DNA of 64,000 nucleotides, taken from contig JACQSF010000034.1 in NCBI GenBank assembly GCA_016206085.1, positions 26 to 64,025 of the forward strand, given 5' to 3'. Shown one piece after another: positions 32,530-42,448 of the stretch. Numbering within the stretch: position 1 is the first letter of the stretch; every line of letters starts with the position of its first letter. The DNA is from Candidatus Uhrbacteria bacterium (lineage in GTDB: Bacteria; Patescibacteriota; Patescibacteriia; UBA9934; GWF2-40-263). The notes beneath the pieces are model-generated. The model saw nothing but the letters and a program-made list of their open reading frames with translations, was not told where the DNA came from and did no database searches. The position numbers and the translations under genes are program-made.

Positions 32530-34124
32530 GGAGTGATAATTCGATAGAGAGATTCGTCCCCATACGTCTCAACGAGCTCAATTCGCAGGTTCATCCGTTT
32601 CAAGCGGGAATCGTTGAGATAGGCAAGGTCCTGCTCTGGAAACGTCATGCCGTAATAATACAATGTCGTTGCTTCAACCAAATCGGGCATGGCGTTATAC
32701 GTCGCCTCGTCTCGCAAAGGATACCAAACATGTCGATGTGGAAAAAATAGCTTGTCCGCGCGATCGACAATGATGACGGCGTTCTCTTCTGTGTAGCGTA
32801 AAACAGACTCTTGAATCTGTGCGGATTCTAAGAGTTCCTGTCGCATTTTCACTAACCTATCTTGCCCCTGAATGAAGACTGCATTCATATTGAGACTCAC
32901 AACCGCAAGCAGGAGTGTCACAACAATAAGACCACGAGCCACACGTGTTTTTCCACGTGCGGCAATCCATGCAATGGTGACGGCGATCATGGGGGTGGAA
33001 AATAGGTACATCGGCAACCAGTAGCGGACATAGGAATTGGCCATCGTGATCTGTGTTGGATCTGGATTATCGTGAATCTCCCAGCTGCCGTACATGAAAA
33101 CAAGCCAAAGGCTTACAACGGTCGCAAGTGCGATCGCCCATCGAACCGTATAGCGATGAGATTTCTGCGCAAGCAATAAAAAGAACCCAGGCAAGGCAAG
33201 CACCGACAACCACCAAAACATCGTCACGGCGTATGCGGAAAAATGTCGCCAGGCGTTCATCGGATGGAATCCAAACGGGAGAAGCGCAACCGAATCGATC
33301 GATTCACTCACAACGAGCTCGGTCACTGGTGGTGCTCCCACGGTGTAACCCGTCGTCAGTGGATGACCGTACGTAAGGAAATTCATCAGAAAAAAAAGTC
33401 CAAGTCCAACGAGAAGTCCAAACAGCCCTGCTCGCAGACGTCGCCATGAGAGTGTGCGCCACCAAATGAGTCCCGCGACCGCGAGTTCCACACCGATCCA
33501 AAGAAACTCAGACGTTCGAACAAACAGGGCGAACCCAATACAGAATCCAGCAAACAAATCGTTCCATACGCTCGGATGATTTTTTGTTTTTCCCATTGAA
33601 CGAATCACCCACAGCCACGCGGCAAGAACCAACAAATCAAGAAACAACACGTTGTGCATGAGCCCGCGCGCGCTGTAATACCAGACAGCCGGATGAAACA
33701 AGAAGAGCAGGTACGAAATGTTTGCGATCGTCAAATTTGTGTACCGCTTGACGAGTTGTCGCCACCCAAAAGCTGCGAGAATGGTGAGCAGGGGCGTGAG
33801 GAACCAAAGCGCTATGGGTCCCAGAACCATCACAAAAAATCCATACAGAAACGGTAAACCAAGAAAACTGCCGGGAACAATCTGGCCATTCAACACGAGT
33901 GTGCTACGCGGGTGCAAGCGGTCGAACTGCACGAGAAGTTCGTCGACGGGTCCTGTGAGAGAAAGGGTTTGTGCGAATCTCGTCGCAAAAAAAGCGTTTG
34001 CCGTCTCATCTGGCGAAACGTACACCCGTGCCGGATTCATGAGCACGAGACTCCCAACAAAAAAAAGAACCGCCACAACACTCATCCACACGTGCGTCCA
34101 ACCAAACCGCATCTTAGAGCCCAT
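32526..34124 (-). CDS. Polytopic membrane protein, GT-C (ArnT/PMT-like) glycosyltransferase candidate
   Basis: More than 10 predicted TM helices followed by a soluble C-terminal domain. The assignment rests on architecture only. Confidence 0.5.
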   Translation of the reverse strand: MGSKMRFGWTHVWMSVVAVLFFVGSLVLMNPARVYVSPDETANAFFATRFAQTLSLTGPVDELLVQFDRLHPRSTLVLNGQIVPGSFLGLPFLYGFFVMVLGPIALWFLTPLLTILAAFGWRQLVKRYTNLTIANISYLLFLFHPAVWYYSARGLMHNVLFLDLLVLAAWLWVIRSMGKTKNHPSVWNDLFAGFCIGFALFVRTSEFLWIGVELAVAGLIWWRTLSWRRLRAGLFGLLVGLGLFFLMNFLTYGHPLTTGYTVGAPPVTELVVSESIDSVALLPFGFHPMNAWRHFSAYAVTMFWWLSVLALPGFFLLLAQKSHRYTVRWAIALATVVSLWLVFMYGSWEIHDNPDPTQITMANSYVRYWLPMYLFSTPMIAVTIAWIAARGKTRVARGLIVVTLLLAVVSLNMNAVFIQGQDRLVKMRQELLESAQIQESVLRYTEENAVIIVDRADKLFFPHRHVWYPLRDEATYNAMPDLVEATTLYYYGMTFPEQDLAYLNDSRLKRMNLRIELVETYGDESLYRIITP

Positions 34125-34692
34125 ACGTAAACAAGCTAATCACCGCAAACACGATCGCAAGACTAAACGTCCCCACGGAGATCGGGATGAACAGATCAAA
34201 TCCTGCCCACAGAGCAATCAACAACATCAACACCCCTGATACCTGCAAAAACATCTTTGTCTTTCCAAAAATGTTTGAGCCGATGTATTTCCCCTGGCGC
34301 TTACGAATGTACCCTCCAATGAGTAAAACCGCTTCCACCGCAACGATCAAGAGCCCAAAAATCACATTTACATGCTGAATGACAACCAGGAGAACCACCG
34401 ACCCAATCAAAACTTTATCTGCGAGTGGATCATAAAACGTCCCCCACTCCGTTACCTGATTGCGTAACCTGGCAAGTGAACCATCAATCGCATCCGTGAA
34501 GGCGGCAAACAAAAAAAGGGGCACGCCCACCTCAAATTGGCTCGTATAGAGTAACCAAAGAACAACGGGCGTTATCACAATTCTAAACATGGTAATCATG
34601 TTTGGAGTAACGAAGCTCGGAATCAATGGTATGAGGCTGTAACGCAAGACATGGTCATGCGGGAACAACTTATGCGGATCACGCTCAAACAT
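34114..34692 (-). CDS. CDP-alcohol phosphatidyltransferase family protein
   Basis: DAIDGSLARLRNQVTEWGTFYDPLADKV fits D-x2-D-G-x2-A-R-x8-G-x3-D-x3-D. Confidence 0.85.
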   Translation of the reverse strand: MFERDPHKLFPHDHVLRYSLIPLIPSFVTPNMITMFRIVITPVVLWLLYTSQFEVGVPLFLFAAFTDAIDGSLARLRNQVTEWGTFYDPLADKVLIGSVVLLVVIQHVNVIFGLLIVAVEAVLLIGGYIRKRQGKYIGSNIFGKTKMFLQVSGVLMLLIALWAGFDLFIPISVGTFSLAIVFAVISLFTYGL

Positions 34693-34707
34693 ATGGTAAA
34701 GTGGAGT

Positions 34708-34770
34708 GGTTGAGTCGTTGAGTCATTGAGTGGTTGAGACACTAAACGACTCAGACACTCAACGACTCTC
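34708..34770. repeat. Four tandem octamers (NNTTGAGT) plus a partially complementary downstream arm, in a divergent promoter region
   Basis: GGTTGAGT CGTTGAGT CATTGAGT GGTTGAGA (34708-34739), then ...ACGACTCAGACACTCAACGACTC. Confidence 0.6.
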
Positions 34771-34772
34771 CT

Positions 34773-36896
34773 ATGTTCCATCGTCTCCAGCTTAACATTT
34801 TCTGTGTGCTCTTCCTAGTGCTTTTTCTTTTCAACGCCGCTTCGTTTGAGAGCGTAAGCTTTGGCATTGTGCTTCTGGGTTTCTATCTCGCCGTGTTTGG
34901 CTGGGAGCTTGGTGGCGTCTTCGTCGCAAGTGAAAAAGCGGTTTTGCGCTGGTGGATCGGCATGTGGGTATTGCTCAGTTGCCTCTTGATTGTCCTCACC
35001 GCAAGCTACTATCTCTGGGCCATCACGTCCGAAGTCGTGTTGATCTGCGTACTTGTCACCCCCGCGATCATTCTTTGGTTAACGAAACGATTCAAGACGC
35101 GCTCATTGTTTGGTCACGCCCATGATCTCTGGCATGAACGCCGTCACCGACTTCCGACTCTCACTTGGCTTGTAATTGCCATCGTCTTGTTTCTTTTCGT
35201 CCTGTTCTTTCGTGCTCTTGGAGCGCATCCTGTGACCGATGCCGTTCGCTCAGTCTGGGAACGGCTCCCGAAAAGTTTATTTCTCTTGTTCGCTCTCATT
35301 GCGAGCTTCGTGTTTGGACTCCTGTGGCGAGGTCGCGAGCGTGCTTTGAGCCTCCTGTTGGTCTGTGTACTTCTCTTTGCGACCCTGAGCGTCACAGCCA
35401 TCGCGTTCCCGATCGGATTTGGCTTTGACTCGTTCATCCACAAAGCCACCGAAACACATCTCGCAGAATTTGGAACCATCACCCCCAAACCCTTCTACTA
35501 CATAGGCCAATACGCTCTCGTCTTATTCGCGTATCACGGATTCCAGATTCCCATCGATCTTGCCGACACCTTTCTCGTTCCAATCCTTACGGCACTTCTC
35601 CTTCCCATGGCCTGGTACTTCGCCGCCGCGCACATTACCCGCAAGCGAGGAACCGCCATGCTCACGCTCACGGGACTCTTCCTGCTTCCCCTCTCGCAAT
35701 TTATCGTGACCACCCCACAAGCGCTCGCGAATCTCTGGACGATTCTACTCATCCTTGCTTCCGTGCCGTACCTACTCGAAAAAGAACACCCACGTCTGCG
35801 CGTGCTCTTACTTGCCTCCATAGCCACAGCACTCATCCATCCCATCGCGGGCATTCCGGCGCTCTTGTACTTCATATTCCTCGCCACAGACCCGAGCCGC
35901 ACGAATCCCCACACTCCCAAGACTAACCGGGTTGTGCGTCTCTTCCTCATCGCCTTTGCGTGTGTGGTTCTCCCGCTCTCGTTTGTCGTGAACAGTCTCG
36001 TGAGCGGTCAAGCGCTGGGTCTCAACTGGGCGTCCCTCAATCCTCTTACGTGGGTGTCGAGCCTGAACCTTGCGGTCTTTTTTGAAAATCGTTTTTCCCC
36101 GCTCCTGGATCTTGTCTACCTCTACGGCCTCAATTCCATGTTGATTCTCATCCTGATCGCGGTATTCGCTTGGATCGAGTATCGGCGCGATCTCTCTGTC
36201 CGATTCCGAGCGCTTCTGCTCATGGTCCTGGCGCTCACGGTGAATTATCTCATCATGTCCACGCTCCTGGATTTCACCTTCCTCATCGACTACGAGCGTC
36301 TCAACTACGCCGCCCGCCTCCTGCCACTCATCTCGTTCTTCCTGGTACCCCTCTTGATTCTTGGACTGGGTCATCTGTTCGTAAACATCAAAGGTCAACC
36401 TCTCATCTTGCGTGCGTGTGTCCTGGTTGGGATTGTAGCGATTGCTTCAAGTAGCTTCTACCTCAGCTATCCGCGACGTGATGCCTATGAGTCCAACCGC
36501 GGGTTCAATGTGAGCCAGGCGGATATCGACGCCGTACATCTCGTCGAGTCGATGGCGGCCGGAGTGCCCTATCTCGCACTCGCCAACCAATCGGTTTCGG
36601 CCGCCGCCATCCAAGAAATCGGCTTCCGCTACTATGGCGATCTGTTCTTCTACCCCATCCCAACCGGTGGCGAGCTCTACGCGTCGTTTCTTGCCATGAA
36701 CGAGTCCCCCACACGTGACACCGCCGAGCAGGCACTCGAAATTGTTCCACAGCATGGGGATGTGACGACATTGTTCTTCCTGGTCAACAACTACTGGTGG
36801 AATGCCCCGCGCACTATCGAAACAGCCAAAATGACCGCCGACGATTGGCGGAGCTTGGGCGATGGACAGATTTACTTGTTCCGCTACGATCTCTAA
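34773..36896 (+). CDS. Large polytopic membrane protein (hypothetical; possible glycan polymerase/transferase)
   Basis: About 15 TM helices plus a C-terminal soluble domain. No motif recognised. Confidence 0.6.
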   Translation: MFHRLQLNIFCVLFLVLFLFNAASFESVSFGIVLLGFYLAVFGWELGGVFVASEKAVLRWWIGMWVLLSCLLIVLTASYYLWAITSEVVLICVLVTPAIILWLTKRFKTRSLFGHAHDLWHERRHRLPTLTWLVIAIVLFLFVLFFRALGAHPVTDAVRSVWERLPKSLFLLFALIASFVFGLLWRGRERALSLLLVCVLLFATLSVTAIAFPIGFGFDSFIHKATETHLAEFGTITPKPFYYIGQYALVLFAYHGFQIPIDLADTFLVPILTALLLPMAWYFAAAHITRKRGTAMLTLTGLFLLPLSQFIVTTPQALANLWTILLILASVPYLLEKEHPRLRVLLLASIATALIHPIAGIPALLYFIFLATDPSRTNPHTPKTNRVVRLFLIAFACVVLPLSFVVNSLVSGQALGLNWASLNPLTWVSSLNLAVFFENRFSPLLDLVYLYGLNSMLILILIAVFAWIEYRRDLSVRFRALLLMVLALTVNYLIMSTLLDFTFLIDYERLNYAARLLPLISFFLVPLLILGLGHLFVNIKGQPLILRACVLVGIVAIASSSFYLSYPRRDAYESNRGFNVSQADIDAVHLVESMAAGVPYLALANQSVSAAAIQEIGFRYYGDLFFYPIPTGGELYASFLAMNESPTRDTAEQALEIVPQHGDVTTLFFLVNNYWWNAPRTIETAKMTADDWRSLGDGQIYLFRYDL

Positions 36897-36898
36897 CT

Positions 36899-38101
36899 TT
36901 ACACAATCTCTTTGATGAGCTCCTCCAGTCGGTCGACGTAGTGTTTGATGGAGTATTGATTTGCATACGCACGGATCGTCTCGCTCTTTGCCCACCAGGC
37001 ATCGCGCGTCTCGTGGAGCGTATGCATCGCTCGAGCCAAATCTTTTTCATCACCTGCCCGCACAAGAAGCCCCGTTTCTCCTTGAACGATCAACTCAGGG
37101 ATCCCTCCAATCCGCGAGGCAATCACGGGAACACCAACCAAGTAGCTCTCGTAAATAACCGTCGGTGAATTCTCGTAACAAATGGAAGGCACCACAATGG
37201 CATCAACGGATCGCAATAATTGAATCAGATGATTGAGCGAAACAAAACCATGGAAGTGAACACGCGAGTCGAGCTCCGCGCGTGAAGTGACAAACTCCGC
37301 AAGACTTCCCTCCCCTGCGATGTGAAGTTCCATGTACGAACCTAACCCCTCGACGGTAGCCAACAACTGGCGAATGCCCTTGTGTTCTTCTAGTTGTCCG
37401 ACATAAAGAAATTGCGTCTTTGAAGCCATCCGCGGACCTCGACCCCGCACTTGATCCGGGGGCATGGGATTGGGAAGAATCTCAAGACGCGAATCCATAA
37501 AGAGTCCTCGACCGTGATAGAAGTCGACCAAGAATCGTGAAGGAGAAAGCACAAGGTCAGGCTTCCCTATTTCTCGTTTCACGGTACGCTCGTACCATCG
37601 ACGAAGGAACGATCGATTCAGCCAAGACTGTTCTTGCCCGTCAATCAATAGACCGCTTGGAACCGAAAGTTGAACGTCGTGAAGGGTGTGGATATGCACA
37701 ACACCTTGGCGTTGAATCTCTCGCCCAATCGACACTCCAATTCCTTTCAGATTATGCGTCATGACCACATCGGGATCCTCGTCGTGGATAACACGACGAA
37801 TCGCGCAGCGGCCGCAATAGCTCCAGACGTCGATAAGATGCCAGAGCACACGAATGGGAAATGGGACGTGCGCGTCTTGACGTAGATGATAGACGTTGAG
37901 AGGAAAGAAGCGATACACGGCCTCCAGCGTACGTTCGCGAATACGAGGAAATAAGCTTCTCACCCCCTCAAATGGTTGGGTTGTCAAAACAAACACGTCA
38001 TGCCCACGCTCATACAAGGCATCCGCAATACGTTGAGCCACCAGCTCGGCTCCTCCGCGAGCATCCGGCGGATACAAATTTGAAACGATTCCGATTTTCA
38101 T
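36899..38101 (-). CDS. Glycosyltransferase family 4 (GT-B)
   Basis: C-terminal ENSPTVIYESYLVGVPVIASRIGGIPELI (E-x7-E-type motif). Confidence 0.8.
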   Translation of the reverse strand: MKIGIVSNLYPPDARGGAELVAQRIADALYERGHDVFVLTTQPFEGVRSLFPRIRERTLEAVYRFFPLNVYHLRQDAHVPFPIRVLWHLIDVWSYCGRCAIRRVIHDEDPDVVMTHNLKGIGVSIGREIQRQGVVHIHTLHDVQLSVPSGLLIDGQEQSWLNRSFLRRWYERTVKREIGKPDLVLSPSRFLVDFYHGRGLFMDSRLEILPNPMPPDQVRGRGPRMASKTQFLYVGQLEEHKGIRQLLATVEGLGSYMELHIAGEGSLAEFVTSRAELDSRVHFHGFVSLNHLIQLLRSVDAIVVPSICYENSPTVIYESYLVGVPVIASRIGGIPELIVQGETGLLVRAGDEKDLARAMHTLHETRDAWWAKSETIRAYANQYSIKHYVDRLEELIKEIV

Positions 38102-38102
38102 A

Positions 38103-39266
38103 CTAGTAATGCCGTTTTGACTGTTGGTTCAGAACCGAATCGTAGGTCGATTCGAGTCGATCAATAAGCGGCGGCCAGGCATACTTCTGTTGTGCATTCA
38201 CGCAAGCGGAGAGACCAAGTCGATGACGAAGATCTACTTGTTCAAGAAATAGGAGGATCGCTTTTTTGAGTTCCTCTCCATTCCCTGGTGGAACCAGAAG
38301 CCCTGTATTCCCATCCTGAACTACCGTACGCACTCCAGGTAAATCAGACGCAATCGTTGGAATCCCACTCGCAGCGGCTTCAAGCGCCACAAGTCCAAAG
38401 GCCTCCGCTCGTTTGGTTGATGGAAGAAGATGGATATCTGCCAGACGATAATACCGTGGAAGATCCTCTTGTGAAACATTGCCGGCAAACGTGACGCGGG
38501 ATTCAAGCCCTTTCTCTTGAGTCTGCGCGCGATAGGTTTCTTTCAGATTCCCGTCGCCAACGACCACAAGATGCCAACTGTACTGCTGTACGAGTACAAG
38601 CGTATCAAACAGAAGAGAAAGACCCTTGAACGCGTGCGCGGCATCAAGACCGCCAACAAACAAGAGAACTGGCGTTTGATGAGAAATCTGATGGCGTTTG
38701 CGGAGCTCTGTTTCTTCTCCCGGATGGAATCGTTCCAGATCAACTCCAAATGGATGTTCTTCCAAGCGATCATCAACCTCGAGTTCCGCAAGAGCCGAAT
38801 ATTTTGCGTAATCCAGTGAACTCACTAAGATGCGATCAACACGATTCACCAGCCAAGGAAACAATAGCCGACGATGCGCACTGAAGATCGCTCCCTTCAT
38901 GCCGTCTGCCGCTGCGTCCATGTGATAGGTCATAACAAGTCCTTGATCCGGTCGCATCGCCTTTCGGACGATCACCGGTTCGGCGCCACCAAAAAATGGA
39001 TAATGCAAATGGACGAGATCAAAACCAGCGAGCCGATGAAACAAGGATGGAAGCACGCCCGCATTGCCAATGTGCAAAATAGAGGGAATGCGATGGATGT
39101 GTCGTGGGTCGTTCTCAACCTGACTGTCTTGGATCGTGAACACGTGAACGTTATATCCACGGGCCCGCAGACGTTCCACATACTCAAACGCAACATGACC
39201 CATGCCTCCTCGATACGGAGGATAGGTACAAACAACGTGGGCGATGGTGGCTTTCTTTAAATCCAT
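38103..39266 (-). CDS. Glycosyltransferase family 4 (GT-B)
   Basis: Start MDLKKATIAHVV (ATG is rc of 39264-39266). AEAFGLVALEAAASGIPTIASDLPGVRTVV. Confidence 0.8.
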   Translation of the reverse strand: MDLKKATIAHVVCTYPPYRGGMGHVAFEYVERLRARGYNVHVFTIQDSQVENDPRHIHRIPSILHIGNAGVLPSLFHRLAGFDLVHLHYPFFGGAEPVIVRKAMRPDQGLVMTYHMDAAADGMKGAIFSAHRRLLFPWLVNRVDRILVSSLDYAKYSALAELEVDDRLEEHPFGVDLERFHPGEETELRKRHQISHQTPVLLFVGGLDAAHAFKGLSLLFDTLVLVQQYSWHLVVVGDGNLKETYRAQTQEKGLESRVTFAGNVSQEDLPRYYRLADIHLLPSTKRAEAFGLVALEAAASGIPTIASDLPGVRTVVQDGNTGLLVPPGNGEELKKAILLFLEQVDLRHRLGLSACVNAQQKYAWPPLIDRLESTYDSVLNQQSKRHY

Positions 39267-39268
39267 GG

Positions 39269-40378
39269 CTACTGGATAGCACGTTTTAGGAGGCTCCAAA
39301 GAATCGCAAGGGATGGGTTGATGAGTCGATCAACGAGAGGACTGCTTGTTTCCTGATGCTCAATCTTTCCGATCCAGAGCCGCACGATCTCGCGATCACT
39401 CACCCGACGAAACAACCGGCTCTCGCGACGCTTGCGCATAACGTACATCCACGTGCGTGGGCTCAGAAGATTGATATACACAAGAACTTTCTCCTTGAGC
39501 CATCCGCCCTTGATCGCAAATGCGAGGAGGCCGAGCTCGGCGACGAACATGAACGGGGCGAGCAGAAGAAGGGTCCAGAGTCTCAAGTGTGACGCATGGA
39601 CAATGACGCGGTTTCGTTCCATCCAATAAAATTTCTGGATCGAACGTTTAAACTCGTAGTCGTGGTAGGCAATCGAATCGACCGCGAGGACGTTCTTGTA
39701 TCCCGCGAGTCGGATGCGCCACCCGAGCTCGAGGTCCTCGTGATAGAGGAACAGAAACGGATCGAACACACCAGCTTGTTTGAGCACACTCGACCGATAC
39801 AAGACCGCCGCCCCGCTCGCATAGGCGATCTCAATCACAGGCGCTGCATGGGTACCCGAAACATTTCTTGACCCGGCTTTGCCAGCAAGAAATGTTTCGG
39901 GTACCCATGCAGTGCTCTCCCAGACTTTTCCATTATCGCGAACAAACCCGAAACCCAAAAAGTGCACCATCCCCCCTGTGGCGTTCACGATTTCTGGGTG
40001 TTTCCACAGCATAATCCGCGACTGAACCGCACCAATCTTGTCGTTGGTCTGGGCGAGCTTCACCGCTTCCATAATCGCATCCTGATGAAGTTTGGCATCG
40101 CCATTCAAGAGGGAGACATAATCAGCTCCTCCCAAAATGGCATGACGCATCCCAAGATTATTTCCTTCGGCGAATCCGAGGTTCGTGGCACTGGGCATGT
40201 AGGTGATCCCCGATTGCTGTCTCAGCCACTCTTGGCTCCCGTCCTTGGAATCGTTATCTACAACGACGATCTCTAACTTCTCCGACGGGTAATTCAGCGC
40301 ACGAAGCGACTCAAACACCTCGGGCAAGTAGGACCGGTTGTTATAGCACAGGTAGATAATCGCAACGCGTGGCAGCAT
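39269..40378 (-). CDS. Glycosyltransferase family 2 with C-terminal TM region
   Basis: VAIIYLCYNN...VVVDNDSKDGS...DED-type motif HEDLELGWR. Confidence 0.8.
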   Translation of the reverse strand: MLPRVAIIYLCYNNRSYLPEVFESLRALNYPSEKLEIVVVDNDSKDGSQEWLRQQSGITYMPSATNLGFAEGNNLGMRHAILGGADYVSLLNGDAKLHQDAIMEAVKLAQTNDKIGAVQSRIMLWKHPEIVNATGGMVHFLGFGFVRDNGKVWESTAWVPETFLAGKAGSRNVSGTHAAPVIEIAYASGAAVLYRSSVLKQAGVFDPFLFLYHEDLELGWRIRLAGYKNVLAVDSIAYHDYEFKRSIQKFYWMERNRVIVHASHLRLWTLLLLAPFMFVAELGLLAFAIKGGWLKEKVLVYINLLSPRTWMYVMRKRRESRLFRRVSDREIVRLWIGKIEHQETSSPLVDRLINPSLAILWSLLKRAIQ

Positions 40379-40380
40379 GC

Positions 40381-40716
40381 TCAGTCCCTTTTATCCAGAT
40401 CATCCATCGATAACTTCCTCACCAGCCGTGTGATCTCGCCCTCTCCTTGCTCGATCTTCACATACAAACGGAAGATCAAGTAAAAAATGACAATCAACGA
40501 GAAATAAATCACCACATCTGCCCCGCGTCCAACACCCACGATGCGAGCGAGCGTATCAGCCGTCTGAGGAAGAGCGGCGACCGTTCCCGCTACCATCCAA
40601 AAGAGGATCCAAAAAAGGAGCCAGCTTCTGGTAACGGCTCCCCGTCTAAATTGCAGAACCGTCCGTGTGCCTGCGAATAGAGCAAATACCATAATCAACA
40701 TCTGGATGATCGACAT
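40381..40716 (-). CDS. Small membrane protein of the DUF2304 type (usual partner of polyprenol-phosphate GT2)
   Basis: About 110 aa with 3 TM helices and a charged tail, immediately downstream of a Dpm1-like GT2. Confidence 0.6.
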   Translation of the reverse strand: MSIIQMLIMVFALFAGTRTVLQFRRGAVTRSWLLFWILFWMVAGTVAALPQTADTLARIVGVGRGADVVIYFSLIVIFYLIFRLYVKIEQGEGEITRLVRKLSMDDLDKRD

Positions 40717-40718
40717 AG

Positions 40719-41387
40719 CTATTGAGTGAGTCGACGAACAACAAGTTTTAACAAGGTCTTGAGACCAACCAAGAAACTCTGACCCTTCGAGAGCGAATAA
40801 TCCGTATAGATGGCCTTAATAGGAACTTCGACAAGCATGAGTTTGTTACGTTTTGCCTCCGCAATCAGCTCCGAAGACACCTCCATGCGATTGGTCTTGA
40901 TCTGAATCCTTGAGAGCGCGTACTTGGTGAGGGCACGAAATCCCGATTGACTGTCTGTCACCCATGCCCCAAACAGGAAGAACGTTGCCAGATTTCCAAC
41001 AACTTGAGCCACCCGCCTGTAGACTGGCATGCCCACGAACCCTGTGAGCATCCGAGAACCGATCACCATATCCGCCCCTTGTTCAATCGCTTCGATAAAC
41101 GGTTTTATTTGGGCAGGATCGTGTTGTCCATCTGCGTCCAGAGTGATCACGATATCGGCCCCGAGTTTTTGTGCGGCAACAAACCCTGTTCCAATCGCCG
41201 CCCCGAGTCCTCGGTTAATGACGTGGCTCACCACGATGGCGCCATGGGTACGGGCGATTTCAGCCGTCCGATCTACACTCCCATCGTCCACAACAATGAT
41301 ATCGTCTACATACGGACGGGTGTGTGAAAGTACGTCAGCGATCGACGTCTCTTCGTTATAGGCCGGGATGAGCGCCAAAATTTTCAT
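40719..41387 (-). CDS. Glycosyltransferase family 2, polyprenol-phosphate sugar synthase-like
   Basis: MKILALIPAYNEE...IVVDDGSVDRT...DADGQHDP. Confidence 0.8.
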   Translation of the reverse strand: MKILALIPAYNEETSIADVLSHTRPYVDDIIVVDDGSVDRTAEIARTHGAIVVSHVINRGLGAAIGTGFVAAQKLGADIVITLDADGQHDPAQIKPFIEAIEQGADMVIGSRMLTGFVGMPVYRRVAQVVGNLATFFLFGAWVTDSQSGFRALTKYALSRIQIKTNRMEVSSELIAEAKRNKLMLVEVPIKAIYTDYSLSKGQSFLVGLKTLLKLVVRRLTQ

Positions 41388-41410
41388 AGATCCTATAGAT
41401 CCTCTAGAAC

Positions 41411-42427
41411 CTAGAAGTTCATCAGGAGTAATTTATTTGCTTTCATGTACTCAATCGTCAGTCGCAAACCATCTTCTAGACGAACAAGAGGAAACCACCC
41501 CAGTTCCTTGGCGCGACCGATCCGAGGCAGAGCGAGTTCGGAAAGAAAGATAAAATTCTCTCCTTCAACAATCCGCGAGCTTGATCCGGTCATCGCAATA
41601 ATGTGTTTAGCCACATCTTCCAAAGAGAGATCCATGTCGCTCCCCAGATTCACCGGTCCGGAATATTCAGATGCTGCCATCATGCGCACAATCCCATCAA
41701 TCACGTCAGTAATGTAGCACAAGCTGGTGCGGAATTCTCGACCGCCGTACATGACCAAATCTTTCCCATCAAGCGCATTCAAAATAAAGTCCGGGATGAG
41801 CTGACCATCAAAGAGCGGCATCCGTGGTCCAAATGTCCGGAAGATACGCGCAATGCGAATCTCCAGACTGTGAACCTGACGATACGTTTCAAACATGGTT
41901 TCGGAAAAACGCTTGCCTTCATCGTAACAGGCTCGTGGGGTCAGGTGATCAACGATGCCCATCTCCTCCTCACCCACCAATCCTGTCTTGTTCTTACGCG
42001 CCCCGTACACAACAGAACTGGACGCAAGTAAAATCCGGGCACGATATTTTTTAGCAAGCTCGAGGACGTGATAATTTCCAAGGCTACTTGAGAGGAGCGT
42101 TTGAATTTTGAACTGGTCGAAGTTCTTAATCGATGTTGGACAGGCGAAATGATAAATCTCTTGAATCCCCTGAAAAGGGAGTTTGAACGCCGCAAGCTCG
42201 GCAAAGGATTCAAGTTCAAAAGGCTGGTTGACATCCAGTCGAATAAACCGAAAATTCTGATTCTGAAGGAGCGTGTCGATATTTTTCGTGTCGCCTGTCA
42301 CAAGGTTGTCCACACAAATCACGCGATGTCCATCTGCGAGCAGATGTTCACACAAAAAAGAACCTAAGAATCCTGCCCCACCAGTGACAAGAACATTTTT
42401 ATTTTCAAATAGAAGCGGTTGAGCCAT
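41411..42427 (-). CDS. UDP-glucuronate decarboxylase-like SDR (UDP-xylose synthase family)
   Basis: [39 protein letters not shown], with YDEGKR catalytic block. Confidence 0.75.
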   Translation of the reverse strand: MAQPLLFENKNVLVTGGAGFLGSFLCEHLLADGHRVICVDNLVTGDTKNIDTLLQNQNFRFIRLDVNQPFELESFAELAAFKLPFQGIQEIYHFACPTSIKNFDQFKIQTLLSSSLGNYHVLELAKKYRARILLASSSVVYGARKNKTGLVGEEEMGIVDHLTPRACYDEGKRFSETMFETYRQVHSLEIRIARIFRTFGPRMPLFDGQLIPDFILNALDGKDLVMYGGREFRTSLCYITDVIDGIVRMMAASEYSGPVNLGSDMDLSLEDVAKHIIAMTGSSSRIVEGENFIFLSELALPRIGRAKELGWFPLVRLEDGLRLTIEYMKANKLLLMNF

Positions 42428-42448
42428 ATGACTTAGTATAGCAGATTC

